A stretch of DNA of 32,000 bases from Promethearchaeum syntrophicum (GTDB lineage: Archaea; Asgardarchaeota; Lokiarchaeia; Sigyniarchaeales; Promethearchaeaceae): the NCBI RefSeq assembly GCF_008000775.2, contig NZ_CP042905.2:1830001-1862000 (forward strand), read 5' to 3'. Under the pieces are notes generated by a model. It was not told where the DNA came from. It searched no databases and was given only the letters and a program-made list of their open reading frames with translations. The position numbers and the translations under genes were made by a program. Positions 24,061 to 32,000 of the stretch are shown here, in pieces; within the stretch, counting starts at the first letter, position 1, and every line of letters begins with the position of its first letter.

Positions 24061-25601
24061 TAAATTTTTTCTAACGTCATCCCCCCTAATATCTGAGGTG
24101 GATGTGAATTATAAAATTCTACGGCTTCTTTCAGTCTTTTTTCATTATATGAATAGATTTTAAAAATGATTTCTCCTTTTTTGGTATTTTGCCCGATTTT
24201 TCGCTCAATTACAATTCCTGCTTCCTTCACACCTGGACATCCTGCAATCTTTGCAATTCTGTTAACATATTCATTCCTAACTGCTGTTATAAAGCCATTA
24301 TCAGTTGATTTCATCTCTGCAACAAACGGGCCTATCTTTATATCTTCTGGTTTAATTTCAGGATCTCCTCCTTGGGCTTTAATAATCCTCTTCATAGCTT
24401 TATATGCTTTTCCAGAGTTCAAAATTTCTAAAGCTAACTCCTTACCTTCACCTTCCTGTGCTTTTCCCGCCATCTCGAGTAAGATTCCCGCTAATTCACA
24501 AGATTTATTCCGAAGGCTAGAAGGGCCAAAAGAAGGATCAATTAATAATTTTAAAGCTTCTTGAGCTTCTAAGGCTGGTCCAACAGCATGTCCGATTGGT
24601 TGAGATGCATTTGTGAGTAAGCAGATACATTCAACACCCACTCTTCTTGCAATTTCTTTAAATTTATTGGCGAATTTCCTTCCATCTTCAAGCATTGGGA
24701 ATTTTGTTCCTTTTCCACAAGGAATATCTAAAACTAATTTCCGAACACCAAGAGCTTTTTTCTTACAAAGTATGCTAGCTATCATTAAAGGTAGAGGGTC
24801 TAATGTTAATGGTTTTTCAACCCTTATTAGGGCATTATCGGCTGGAGCTAAGTCTAATTCTCCCCCCCAAATAATTCCTGCTTTTTCTTTTTGTAATAAT
24901 TTCACTACTTCTTCTTTTGGAAAAGTCACAGGTGCAAGAACTTCAAAACTATCAGCTGTTCCCGATGGGCTGGTAATTGCACGTGTTGATGTTTTTGGAA
25001 TGAGTAATCCTGCAGCAGCGACAATAGGAACAATAATTAATGTAACTTTATTTCCTGGAACTCCTCCCGTGCTGTGTTTATCATAACATTCTGGACCAAA
25101 ATCTAAAACTTCTCCTGAATGTGTCATAGCCTCGGTCAAATCAACAATTTCATCATTTTTAGCACCCATAGTTTCCAATCCAACAATAAATGCTGCTTTT
25201 TCAATTGCTAGTAAGTTATCATGAGTACAATCCTGAATAATCTCTTGAATTTGAGTTGTAGTAAGTTTTTTTCCCTTAACTTTCTCTTTAATAGATAAAA
25301 ATGATTTCGGTCGTGAAGATAATTGAATTTCTATCTCTTTTGTTTTAGAACTTAATTCTAATTTCTTTGCAACTTCATCATATAAACCAACTTCTCCTCG
25401 CTTTAGCATTTCTTCTCCGGTAGCTATGTCGATAATTGTAATTATCCCGGGTTCAATAATGCTACCATTTTCTTCATCAATATGAAATATTCTCACCCTA
25501 TCTCCGGGTTTTGCCCCCAATTCAAATGCGTCATCATCATCCATGATGATAATCCGAACGGCACCCGTGCTAATTCCCAGTTTTTTAAATTTAAATCTCA
25601 T
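24060..25601 (-). CDS. deoA: AMP phosphorylase (archaeal thymidine-phosphorylase-family enzyme with an N-terminal extension)
   Basis: 513 aa. The N-terminal domain MRFKFKKLGISTGAVRIIIMDDDDAFELGAKPGDRVRI is typical of archaeal AMP phosphorylases. The core has DKHSTGGVPGNKVT and TSTRAITSPSGTAD (glycosyl transferase family 3 / pyrimidine nucleoside phosphorylase motifs). Confidence 0.85.
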   Translation of the reverse strand: MRFKFKKLGISTGAVRIIIMDDDDAFELGAKPGDRVRIFHIDEENGSIIEPGIITIIDIATGEEMLKRGEVGLYDEVAKKLELSSKTKEIEIQLSSRPKSFLSIKEKVKGKKLTTTQIQEIIQDCTHDNLLAIEKAAFIVGLETMGAKNDEIVDLTEAMTHSGEVLDFGPECYDKHSTGGVPGNKVTLIIVPIVAAAGLLIPKTSTRAITSPSGTADSFEVLAPVTFPKEEVVKLLQKEKAGIIWGGELDLAPADNALIRVEKPLTLDPLPLMIASILCKKKALGVRKLVLDIPCGKGTKFPMLEDGRKFANKFKEIARRVGVECICLLTNASQPIGHAVGPALEAQEALKLLIDPSFGPSSLRNKSCELAGILLEMAGKAQEGEGKELALEILNSGKAYKAMKRIIKAQGGDPEIKPEDIKIGPFVAEMKSTDNGFITAVRNEYVNRIAKIAGCPGVKEAGIVIERKIGQNTKKGEIIFKIYSYNEKRLKEAVEFYNSHPPQILGGMTLEKI

Positions 25602-25702
25602 AATTGAAGTATCTTTTCTGCGCTTAAATTAATTTGCCTACGAATACAGTAAAAGAAAAAATAATTTGAAAAAGGTAGAAAAAAAGATTTTTCTTGATTA
25701 AA

Positions 25703-27031
25703 TTAAAGATTAATCATCAAAGGAAATATCACTTCAAACGGTCCCCGAGAATTTCCATCTCCATCTTTGAAGGAAACAATAGTTTTAATGGGGAGTTCAC
25801 CAACATCAGACGCTTTGATCAAAATTTGCCATTTGATGTTTTCATTAGGACTCAAGGCATATATTTTCTTATCCAAGGTCCCCCGCATCATACGTATATT
25901 TTCATCTGGAAATTCAAAAATTATATCGATTTCCATTGCATCGCCGTCGCTGTTATTTGAAACAACCACTTGTAGGGGAAAAGATTGATTTATAACAGGT
26001 GTTTTCTGGGGAATTAGATTTATTCCCAATATTGCTGCTGGAGAAGTTATTTTAAGTTGTTTTATATCTGACACTGCATAAAATTTTAATAATTTATTAA
26101 TCTCAAGTGTCAATTTAATAGGTCCGATATGTGCTTTACCAGGAAAATTGGTTCGGAATTTGAAAGGAAGAGTATTGACTTCTTTTTTATTAAACTCTAA
26201 TTCGGTAGGTAAAGACGGCTTTTCTTTCAATGAAACATTCTCACTAAGATTGAATTCAATGTTTGTGATTGAAAGTGAATCAATTTTACTTGGGACTTTT
26301 TTATGTTTCTCAATTTCTTTAATTTTGACAATATTTAACTGACTAGGTACTTCTACAATTGAATCGCGTTCAAATTCATTTTCTGTTAGATTTAATGAAA
26401 AATCTGTCTCTAAGGTGGCGTAAGTTACTAAAAATGCTTGTTGGATTAATCTACTTTCCGCTAAACTGTATTTATCCAATTGAATATTTTTTATAATTTT
26501 TTTAATATATTGCTCGTTTTTATTTAGAACAGCATTTGAAAGATTATGAACAAGTTTCATTAGGATATGTTCTGTAAAAATATCAGTCTCAAATAAATTT
26601 CTGAACCTTTTTATTGAATCTATTGCTTCCTCTTGTTCTCCTACAATAAAATGACACATAAATCCAAAACACACGTTTTCTGTGGCGATTTCCTCTTTAT
26701 TCTTCATATCTGATTTCATTATTGATTTTGCCGTAATATCAAAATAATCGCGAGCTTTTGAAATATCTTTTAGAAGAAGACAACAGTTTGCTGCTTTTCT
26801 TTGCACTACTGCCGCTCGATGATAATTCCTATCTCCACCAAGTCGAGAAAAATTCTTACTCGTAAATCTATAACACTGCTCAGAAATTTTCCATTCTTCT
26901 AATTCAAAGAATAAATCACCAGCTTTTAAGAAATTCTCTGCAGACCTTTTAAAATCGTGATTATCCATGTAGCGTTCGGCCTTAGCGAGTAATACTTCGC
27001 CTTTTTCCCGAATTTTTTCTTCTTTCCCCAT
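25703..27031 (-). CDS. Two-domain protein: N-terminal alpha-SNAP-like TPR helical domain plus C-terminal beta-sandwich (CARDB/Ig-like) domain
   Basis: The N-terminal ~200 aa parallel alpha-SNAP/Sec17 by eye: EVLLAKAERYM, SAENFLKAGDLFFELEEW, YHRAAVVQRKAANCC, FGFMCHFIVGE and FRNLFETDIFTEHILMKLVHNLSNAVLNKNEQ. The C-terminal ~150 aa are beta-rich (FPLQVVVSNNSDGDAMEIDIIFEFP...WQILIKASDVGELPIKTIVSFKDGDG). Confidence 0.4.
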   Translation of the reverse strand: MGKEEKIREKGEVLLAKAERYMDNHDFKRSAENFLKAGDLFFELEEWKISEQCYRFTSKNFSRLGGDRNYHRAAVVQRKAANCCLLLKDISKARDYFDITAKSIMKSDMKNKEEIATENVCFGFMCHFIVGEQEEAIDSIKRFRNLFETDIFTEHILMKLVHNLSNAVLNKNEQYIKKIIKNIQLDKYSLAESRLIQQAFLVTYATLETDFSLNLTENEFERDSIVEVPSQLNIVKIKEIEKHKKVPSKIDSLSITNIEFNLSENVSLKEKPSLPTELEFNKKEVNTLPFKFRTNFPGKAHIGPIKLTLEINKLLKFYAVSDIKQLKITSPAAILGINLIPQKTPVINQSFPLQVVVSNNSDGDAMEIDIIFEFPDENIRMMRGTLDKKIYALSPNENIKWQILIKASDVGELPIKTIVSFKDGDGNSRGPFEVIFPLMINL

Positions 27032-27173
27032 TGGTTCAAGATTTATGTTTTTGCTAAAAAAATTTTATGGTTTTATGGTTTATTTTTTATATTAAAATGG
27101 CTCTAATTAGTTCCTTAAAACCTACTTTAAGAAAATTAATCTAAAAAAATAATGAGGTAACACAAATATTCAG

Positions 27174-27229
27174 AAAAAAAACCACACCTCTTTATTATCG
27201 TTTTTTCCTATTTTTTTCTTAACATGAAT
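27174..27229 (+). promoter_or_regulatory. Conserved upstream element, copy 1 (A-run, CCACACCTCTTTATTA, TTTTTTCCTATTTTTT)
   Basis: About 85% identical over ~55 nt to 31391-31447, with two invariant 16-mers. It lies about 190-240 nt upstream of the secreted-protein gene starting at 27415. TTTATTA could serve as a TATA box. Confidence 0.45.
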
Positions 27230-27414
27230 AAATCAAGTAGAAATTATTTATGGGAAAATATTAAACCAATATCAATAATATTTAAAAAAATGACTTTAAT
27301 ATCTCCCACTTTATTTGGTTTATGGTGGATAAAGAAAGTAATAGATTTTATTCACTAAATTCTTGATATAAATTAATTAAGAATTCATGCAAAAGAGATA
27401 AAAATGGAAAAAAA

Positions 27415-29577
27415 ATGAGCAAGATAAAACAAAAATTACTGATATTTTCGGCTTTAATACTAATAAGCTTTTCAAGCATTATTTCCTCAAATCAAGTTCA
27501 AGATCCAAAGGGGGAAAATATACCGATTGCAGCAGATATAAATACTGTATTACATTGTGGGTTTGAAGAATCTATAGATAGTTCTACTGGAGAAACTGGA
27601 GTAACAAATGGAAATTGGGAATATGATACAAACAATCCAATCAATGAAACTTCTTCGGTAAAGTTAGCTGGTGATAATCAAAATAGCATTAAATGGAATT
27701 ACGGAAGTGCCTTAGCGGAAGGAACCATTGAATGCCTTTTTCAAATTATAAATCTCGATTCTATTGATTTTGTTGCACAGATATTACAAGCTGGTAGCAA
27801 TAACAATTGGCACTTGGCTGTATATGTAAACCCAGGGGGTGCTTTATCTTGTATGATAACTGATGAGTATGGTTCACATGGATTTGGAGGAGGTTCTATT
27901 ATATCTGGAAAGACTTATCATGTAGCTGCAACATGGGGTTCACGTGGACTTGAGTTATGGTTGAATGGAGTTCTTGTTGGTTTCAGTCTGGCTCTCACCA
28001 TGGGTTTAGAGATTGACACTCCATATTATGGAATTGGAGAAATTGCGGGTGAAAGTCTTAACGTACATTCAGTATATGGTTATTTTGATGAATTTCGCTT
28101 GAGTAATATCCAACGAAGCACATTCCCTAATATTGATGATGTAATTGGAGCAGTTCCTGCTGCTCCAACTTTAGATCCAATTTCTTCACCAGATGAAGAT
28201 GGAAACATCCCAATATCATGGAGTGCCGTAAACGGTGTTTCAGGATATGAAATCTATCGATCTTTATATCCAATTACTGAAATTAATTCGACGCACACAT
28301 TATTGGATTCAACCACTCAATTAACTTATGAAGATTTTAATTTAGATAATGATACATATTATTATTCTATTGTAGCGAAAAATGCAAGTGGGGCATCAAT
28401 TCCATCTAATTTTGAATCTGTATTGGTTTCAATCCCCCCTATTCCAGAAGAAATTACCTTATTATATTGTGGATTTGAGGGAACTATAGATAGTTCTACA
28501 GGAGAAACTGGAATAACAAATGGAAATTGGGAGTATGATACTATCAATCCAATTATTGGATCATCTTCGGTCAAGTTAGCTGGAGAGAATCGAAATAATA
28601 TTAAATGGGATTATGGAAGTACTTTATCTGATGGAACAATGGAATGCCTATTCCAATTAATAAATCTTGACTCCATTGACGGTGCTAAATATATACTGGA
28701 GGCAGGAGATTACTATAATAGTTCATCAGGAGTGTATTTTTACAAGAATGGCAGTTTATATGCTCAGTTTAGAGTTGAAGGGACAATGCATATAATTGAA
28801 TCTACAACAAATATTACATCAGGAGAAACATATCATGTTGCTCTTACATGGGGTACTCGGGGTATTCAATTATGGCTAAATGGAGAAATTGTAGCTTATG
28901 ATTTAGCAATCACAGATGGTATGGAAAGTTGGACTCAATATTATGGGATTGGGGACACTCCAATGGGTTCTACAAACCAATCAGGATATGGTTACTGGGA
29001 TGAATTTCATTTGAGCAATATCCAAAGGAGCACATTTCCTAATATTGGAGATGTATATACAAATGGCACATGGCAGGATTTGGTAGAAGGAATTAATACT
29101 GTACAATGTATTGATCAATCAGATAAAATTTGGATGTTGGTTACGGTTGCTAGTTGTGAGAAGTCTCAAATTAAATTAACATATTTTGATTCAAATCCCA
29201 CTTCCATTAATGAACCAAATAATTTGGACTTAAATTATTTCTATTTATTAGAAGTAGAAAATATAAGTAAAATTCAATCTGTTTCAGTGACCTTCTATTT
29301 TGGAGATGCTAATTTATCAAGTGATCAACTTTCAACTATGTGTATGTATCAGTATAATATATCAAATTGGTTTGAACCTAATAAAGATCAAAGGAAGGAA
29401 GTGAATAGCATCTTTATAATTGGAATCGAATTAAATACTTATTATGCTTTGGGGAATGATCTTTCACCTGAGACATCAACATTTAATATTCCAGGTTATG
29501 ATTTACCTATTATGTTTGGATTCATGGCTATTGTTATAGTGTTCTTGATCCAGTATAGAGGTAAATTTAAAAAATAA
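27415..29577 (+). CDS. Secreted, C-terminally anchored surface protein with two LamG/concanavalin-like modules, an Fn3-like domain and a C-terminal sorting-signal-like TM segment
   Basis: Signal peptide MSKIKQKLLIFSALILISFSSIISS. Two ~195-aa modules share CGFE..IDSSTGETG.TNGNWEYD...SSVKLAG...YHVA.TWG.RG..LWLNG...YYGIG...DEF.LSNIQRSTFPNI (LamG-like YHVA..W....L.L..NG). An Fn3-like segment (ISWSAVNGVSGYEIYRS...YYYSIVAKNASG) lies between them. The protein ends IPGYDLPIMFGFMAIVIVFLIQYRGKFKK, which is PGF-CTERM-like. Confidence 0.7.
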   Translation: MSKIKQKLLIFSALILISFSSIISSNQVQDPKGENIPIAADINTVLHCGFEESIDSSTGETGVTNGNWEYDTNNPINETSSVKLAGDNQNSIKWNYGSALAEGTIECLFQIINLDSIDFVAQILQAGSNNNWHLAVYVNPGGALSCMITDEYGSHGFGGGSIISGKTYHVAATWGSRGLELWLNGVLVGFSLALTMGLEIDTPYYGIGEIAGESLNVHSVYGYFDEFRLSNIQRSTFPNIDDVIGAVPAAPTLDPISSPDEDGNIPISWSAVNGVSGYEIYRSLYPITEINSTHTLLDSTTQLTYEDFNLDNDTYYYSIVAKNASGASIPSNFESVLVSIPPIPEEITLLYCGFEGTIDSSTGETGITNGNWEYDTINPIIGSSSVKLAGENRNNIKWDYGSTLSDGTMECLFQLINLDSIDGAKYILEAGDYYNSSSGVYFYKNGSLYAQFRVEGTMHIIESTTNITSGETYHVALTWGTRGIQLWLNGEIVAYDLAITDGMESWTQYYGIGDTPMGSTNQSGYGYWDEFHLSNIQRSTFPNIGDVYTNGTWQDLVEGINTVQCIDQSDKIWMLVTVASCEKSQIKLTYFDSNPTSINEPNNLDLNYFYLLEVENISKIQSVSVTFYFGDANLSSDQLSTMCMYQYNISNWFEPNKDQRKEVNSIFIIGIELNTYYALGNDLSPETSTFNIPGYDLPIMFGFMAIVIVFLIQYRGKFKK
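27541..28134 (+). repeat. Intragenic repeat, LamG-like module 1
   Basis: The DNA is similar to 28463-29046. The first ~230 nt are about 80% identical by eye (TGTGG.TTTGA....CTATAGATAGTTCTAC.GGAGAAACTGGA.TAACAAATGGAAATTGGGA.TATGAT). Confidence 0.8.
28463..29046 (+). repeat. Intragenic repeat, LamG-like module 2
   Basis: Counterpart of 27541-28134, offset by about 922 nt. Confidence 0.8.
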
Positions 29578-29579
29578 TT

Positions 29580-30383
29580 GTGGAGAAATGTTACTTCATG
29601 AAAACAATATTTTTTTTTCTTTTTTGGAAAAAATCCATGTTCAGATATAATATTAAGAGGAAATTCGGAAAATATCTGATATTGGTTATTTTATTTAGTG
29701 GGCTTTTTCCTATTTTTTATTATCAAAATGATAATCATTCTCCTGATAAAAATTACATTTCATCTGAGCCTCTGAATTCTATAGAAAATACAACTACTTC
29801 TTTTGAATTTTCTCTTTCAAATTATACTAAAATTCCTTTAAATGATGAAAGATCAATAAATATTAATATTCTAAATGGAGAAGAAACAATTCTTTTAATA
29901 TGGATTAATGAAAATTTATTTAATCATACTGAAATTAATGATTTTTTTTATAGTATTGATATTCCTGTAGAAGATTTACAAAATGGGGAAAATCATCTAA
30001 AAATGGAACTTTATTCCAAAAATTCTAGTGGATCAAATCCATTTCTAATGCAATTAACATTAATTCTCATAATTGAAGAACCATTTGATATCAATTTAGT
30101 CCTTCTATTAATTGGAGGATTTACAGTAATAACTTTAGCATTTCTATTCCTTAGAAATAAATTACAAATTTTATCCATATCTAAGACTTTTAAAACTTCA
30201 ATTATTGGCTTAGATCCTTTAGGAATACCCTCCTTATTCGATAATAGTGATGATCTTCCAATGATTTCAAAGAGAAATTATCGAAAAATGCAACGATTTA
30301 TTGTAAAGGACATTCTTTATTCAAATATTGACATTAACCAAATGGATGATTTAGAATTTTGTAAAACCTTGAAAAAAATTTAA
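29580..30383 (+). CDS. Bitopic membrane protein of unknown function, likely co-transcribed with the surface protein
   Basis: It begins 2 nt after the upstream stop. It has an N-terminal hydrophobic anchor (KYLILVILFSGLFPIFYY), a ~110-aa probably extracellular region, a second TM segment (LVLLLIGGFTVITLAFLFL) and a cytoplasmic tail. The true start is uncertain (GTG 29580, ATG 29598 or ATG 29637). Confidence 0.5.
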   Translation: MEKCYFMKTIFFFLFWKKSMFRYNIKRKFGKYLILVILFSGLFPIFYYQNDNHSPDKNYISSEPLNSIENTTTSFEFSLSNYTKIPLNDERSININILNGEETILLIWINENLFNHTEINDFFYSIDIPVEDLQNGENHLKMELYSKNSSGSNPFLMQLTLILIIEEPFDINLVLLLIGGFTVITLAFLFLRNKLQILSISKTFKTSIIGLDPLGIPSLFDNSDDLPMISKRNYRKMQRFIVKDILYSNIDINQMDDLEFCKTLKKI

Positions 30384-30426
30384 TTTAGTTTGTCAATATA
30401 CAATATTATATTTCTTCTAATCAATT

Positions 30427-31179
30427 ATGGGGGATTATTTGTTCCTATTTATTATAACTGAAGATCCAAATATCTTAGAAAATTTAAAACAAGGTTCCGA
30501 TGTAAATCAAGAAAAATATGGCCGTTACTTTGATTACATATGTAAACTTTGCCCTCAACGAACACAAAAACATATATATTCAGATCAATTAAAATCTCGG
30601 TTGAGAAAAAAGTTTCGAATTGATGATCTAACAGTTAAGGCAATTATTGCATATTTTGTTAATAAAAATGCCCTTATTGTAGCATTTGATGATTCTGTTA
30701 GTATTAATCTTTTATCTAATACTACTCGTAAGAAAATACATGATTTAATTGAAGAATATCCAGGAGTTTACTCAAATATTTTTATTAAATTTCTGGGGCT
30801 TGGCTCTAGACAAGTATTATGGCATATTTCCTTTCTATTGGAGTTTAATATAATTGAATATCTGAGTTTTGGAAAAATCAAAGCCTATGGTCTAATAGAA
30901 ATAGATAAGAAACTAATTATGATTGGATATGTAATATTAAAGGATTCACTTCGAGAATTGTTAAAATGCCTTTTAGATCATCCAAATGGATCATATCTAG
31001 GTGAAATTTCGGAATTATTAGGAAAACCGAAAAATTCGACTCTTTATACTTTGAACAAATTAAAACAACTGAAAATTCTTATTCTATCACAGGATAATAA
31101 GAAAAAATATTCAGTAGATAGGAAATATATACAAATAATGAACCAAACTTTAGAAAGACATAAAAAAAAATTTCCGTAA
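30427..31179 (+). CDS. Putative transcription regulator with two winged-helix-like domains
   Basis: KKIHDLIEEYPGVYSNIFIKFLGLGSRQVLWHISFLLEFNIIEYLSFGKIKAY and LLKCLLDHPNGSYLGEISELLGKPKNSTLYTLNKLKQLKILI both follow the ArsR/TrmB-like wHTH pattern. Assigned by eye only. Confidence 0.45.
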   Translation: MGDYLFLFIITEDPNILENLKQGSDVNQEKYGRYFDYICKLCPQRTQKHIYSDQLKSRLRKKFRIDDLTVKAIIAYFVNKNALIVAFDDSVSINLLSNTTRKKIHDLIEEYPGVYSNIFIKFLGLGSRQVLWHISFLLEFNIIEYLSFGKIKAYGLIEIDKKLIMIGYVILKDSLRELLKCLLDHPNGSYLGEISELLGKPKNSTLYTLNKLKQLKILILSQDNKKKYSVDRKYIQIMNQTLERHKKKFP

Positions 31180-31390
31180 TTCTAGGCTTTATTCAATTAA
31201 TCTAGAGCATTTTTTTTCTTTTTACTTAATAACATATCCAAAATTATATTTATCTTTATTTATTTTTAATTCTGAACGAATTTCGATTTAATTTATAAAT
31301 ATTAGGATAAAAAATCATATTTCCCAGAATATCACTTTTTATCACTTAATATCGTCCTTCGTAGTGAAATAGTTAAATTAGTCAATATTC

Positions 31391-31447
31391 AAAAAAAAAA
31401 CCACACCTCTTTATTACATTTTTTTCCTATTTTTTGTTTAAGATGAT
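31391..31447 (+). promoter_or_regulatory. Conserved upstream element, copy 2
   Basis: AAAAAAAAAACCACACCTCTTTATTACATTTTTTTCCTATTTTTTGTTTAAGATGATT is the counterpart of 27174-27229. It lies about 120-175 nt upstream of the secreted-protein gene starting at 31568. Confidence 0.45.
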
Positions 31448-31567
31448 TTTTTGTAAGAAAAATGGTCTAACATCAAAGAAATGATCATATTTGATGATTT
31501 TTTAAAAAAATGAAAAAAAATACAAAATTGTTGAAATTTTGTATCAATAAATATAGGTTAGAAAAAA

Positions 31568-32000
31568 ATGAAAACTAAACAATTAAAAAACTTTGGAATT
31601 GCAGTTATTATGATTGCTGTAGTGTTGGGGAGCTTACCAACTCAAGTACTCGCAGGTGTGCCCGGTGATCCTGATGATGATATACCATACGTTTACAGCC
31701 CTTCCATAACAGCGCGGCCAGCAAATGTTATTTATCAGAGAGCAGATCAAGGACAAACTCTATATTGGAAAGCTTATGTTGCAGGTAGTAATAGTCTTAC
31801 GTCTTCTAAACTGCAACGTGATACCACTGGGGGCTCAAGTTATAGCAATTATCTATCTAGAGGCAATTGGGCTGATGGGGTAAATATTGGATATTCTGTT
31901 TCAACTCCAAATATGGTTCCAGGAGCACCTATATGGACTTATAACTATCGATTTTATGCATATAACTCCTACAAGTATGCCTATGATTATGTGACTGTCA
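31568..32000 (+). CDS. Secreted protein of unknown function, 3' end outside the window
   Basis: Hand translation is open from the ATG at 31568 to the window end: MKTKQLKNFGIAVIMIAVVLGSLPTQVLAGVPGDPDDDIPYVYSPSITARPANVIYQRADQGQTLYWKAY... It has a clear signal peptide. It is absent from the ORF track because no stop codon falls in the window. Confidence 0.7.
   Translation, partial: MKTKQLKNFGIAVIMIAVVLGSLPTQVLAGVPGDPDDDIPYVYSPSITARPANVIYQRADQGQTLYWKAYVAGSNSLTSSKLQRDTTGGSSYSNYLSRGNWADGVNIGYSVSTPNMVPGAPIWTYNYRFYAYNSYKYAYDYVTV

Noticed and set aside
24166-25086. Two plus-strand ORFs (132 aa and 157 aa) inside the AMP phosphorylase gene
   Set aside because: These are shadow ORFs antisense to a gene with strong family motifs. 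Their composition (Pro/Ser/Phe/Ile-rich) is typical of antisense frames.
25694-26342. Plus-strand ORFs 25694-25960, 25767-25988 and 26148-26342
   Set aside because: They are nested antisense within the 442-aa SNAP-like/beta-sandwich ORF and overlap one another in different frames.
27224-27358. 44-aa ORF (MNKSSRNYLWENIKPISIIFKKMTLISPTLFGLWWIKKVIDFIH) starting at the ATGA of the conserved upstream element
   Set aside because: The equivalent ATG in the second copy (31442) opens only a 13-codon frame with an unrelated sequence. The conservation is therefore at nucleotide level, not coding.
1369-28574. Remaining short overlapping ORFs in the track (1369-1590, 2754-2963, 11565-11825, 12623-12844, 13084-13329, 18846-19031, 21193-21411, 21794-22027, 23568-23756, 28362-28574)
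   Set aside because: Each lies inside or antisense to a longer and better supported ORF. 23568-23756 is an alternative frame of the 141-aa paralog and has no counterpart in copy A.
1-32000. Scan for tRNA/rRNA genes, CRISPR arrays and known defence-system hallmarks
   Set aside because: No GC-rich structured-RNA-like islands were seen in the intergenic regions. There are no regularly spaced short direct repeats, and no nuclease, helicase or methyltransferase gene clusters. The MoxR-VWA pair is a common housekeeping-type module with no adjacent effector.

Overview
AT-rich (about 30% GC by eye) archaeal chromosomal segment with no rRNA, tRNA, CRISPR array or recognisable transposase. Clearly archaeal or eukaryote-type housekeeping genes are present: ATP-dependent DNA ligase, deoxyhypusine synthase, pyruvoyl arginine decarboxylase PdaD, AMP phosphorylase, AsnRS, a DAHP synthase-chorismate mutase fusion and AroB. 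They sit among small proteins that by eye resemble eukaryotic-signature families: a gelsolin-like domain, an MIT-like three-helix protein, two longin/roadblock-like proteins and an alpha-SNAP-like TPR protein. This suggests, as inference only, a low-GC Asgard (Loki-type) archaeon. The most unusual structure lies at 19038-24060. Two diverged ~1.1-kb direct repeats bracket a tandem pair of D-Ala-D-Ala-ligase-type ATP-grasp genes, the second fused to a RimJ/RimL-type GNAT. Each repeat carries an intact paralogous 138/141-aa ORF ending in the invariant C-terminus SYPIGCLT, followed by a Shine-Dalgarno-preceded Lys-rich micro-ORF with a shared KKTTQ motif. The right-hand repeat also holds a decayed 5' fragment of the RtcB-like gene that borders the left-hand repeat. 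Two ATP-grasp ligases, a GNAT and small peptide ORFs recall microviridin/graspetide clusters or NAGGN-type N-acetyl-dipeptide synthesis, but no function can be assigned from sequence alone. Other points of interest: an RtcB-like gene in an apparent operon with pdaD and dhs; a HEAT-repeat alkylation-repair-like gene split by a -1 frameshift exactly at an A_AAA_AAT slippery heptamer; a ~55-nt upstream element shared by two secreted-protein genes; and a surface protein with an internally duplicated LamG-like module.
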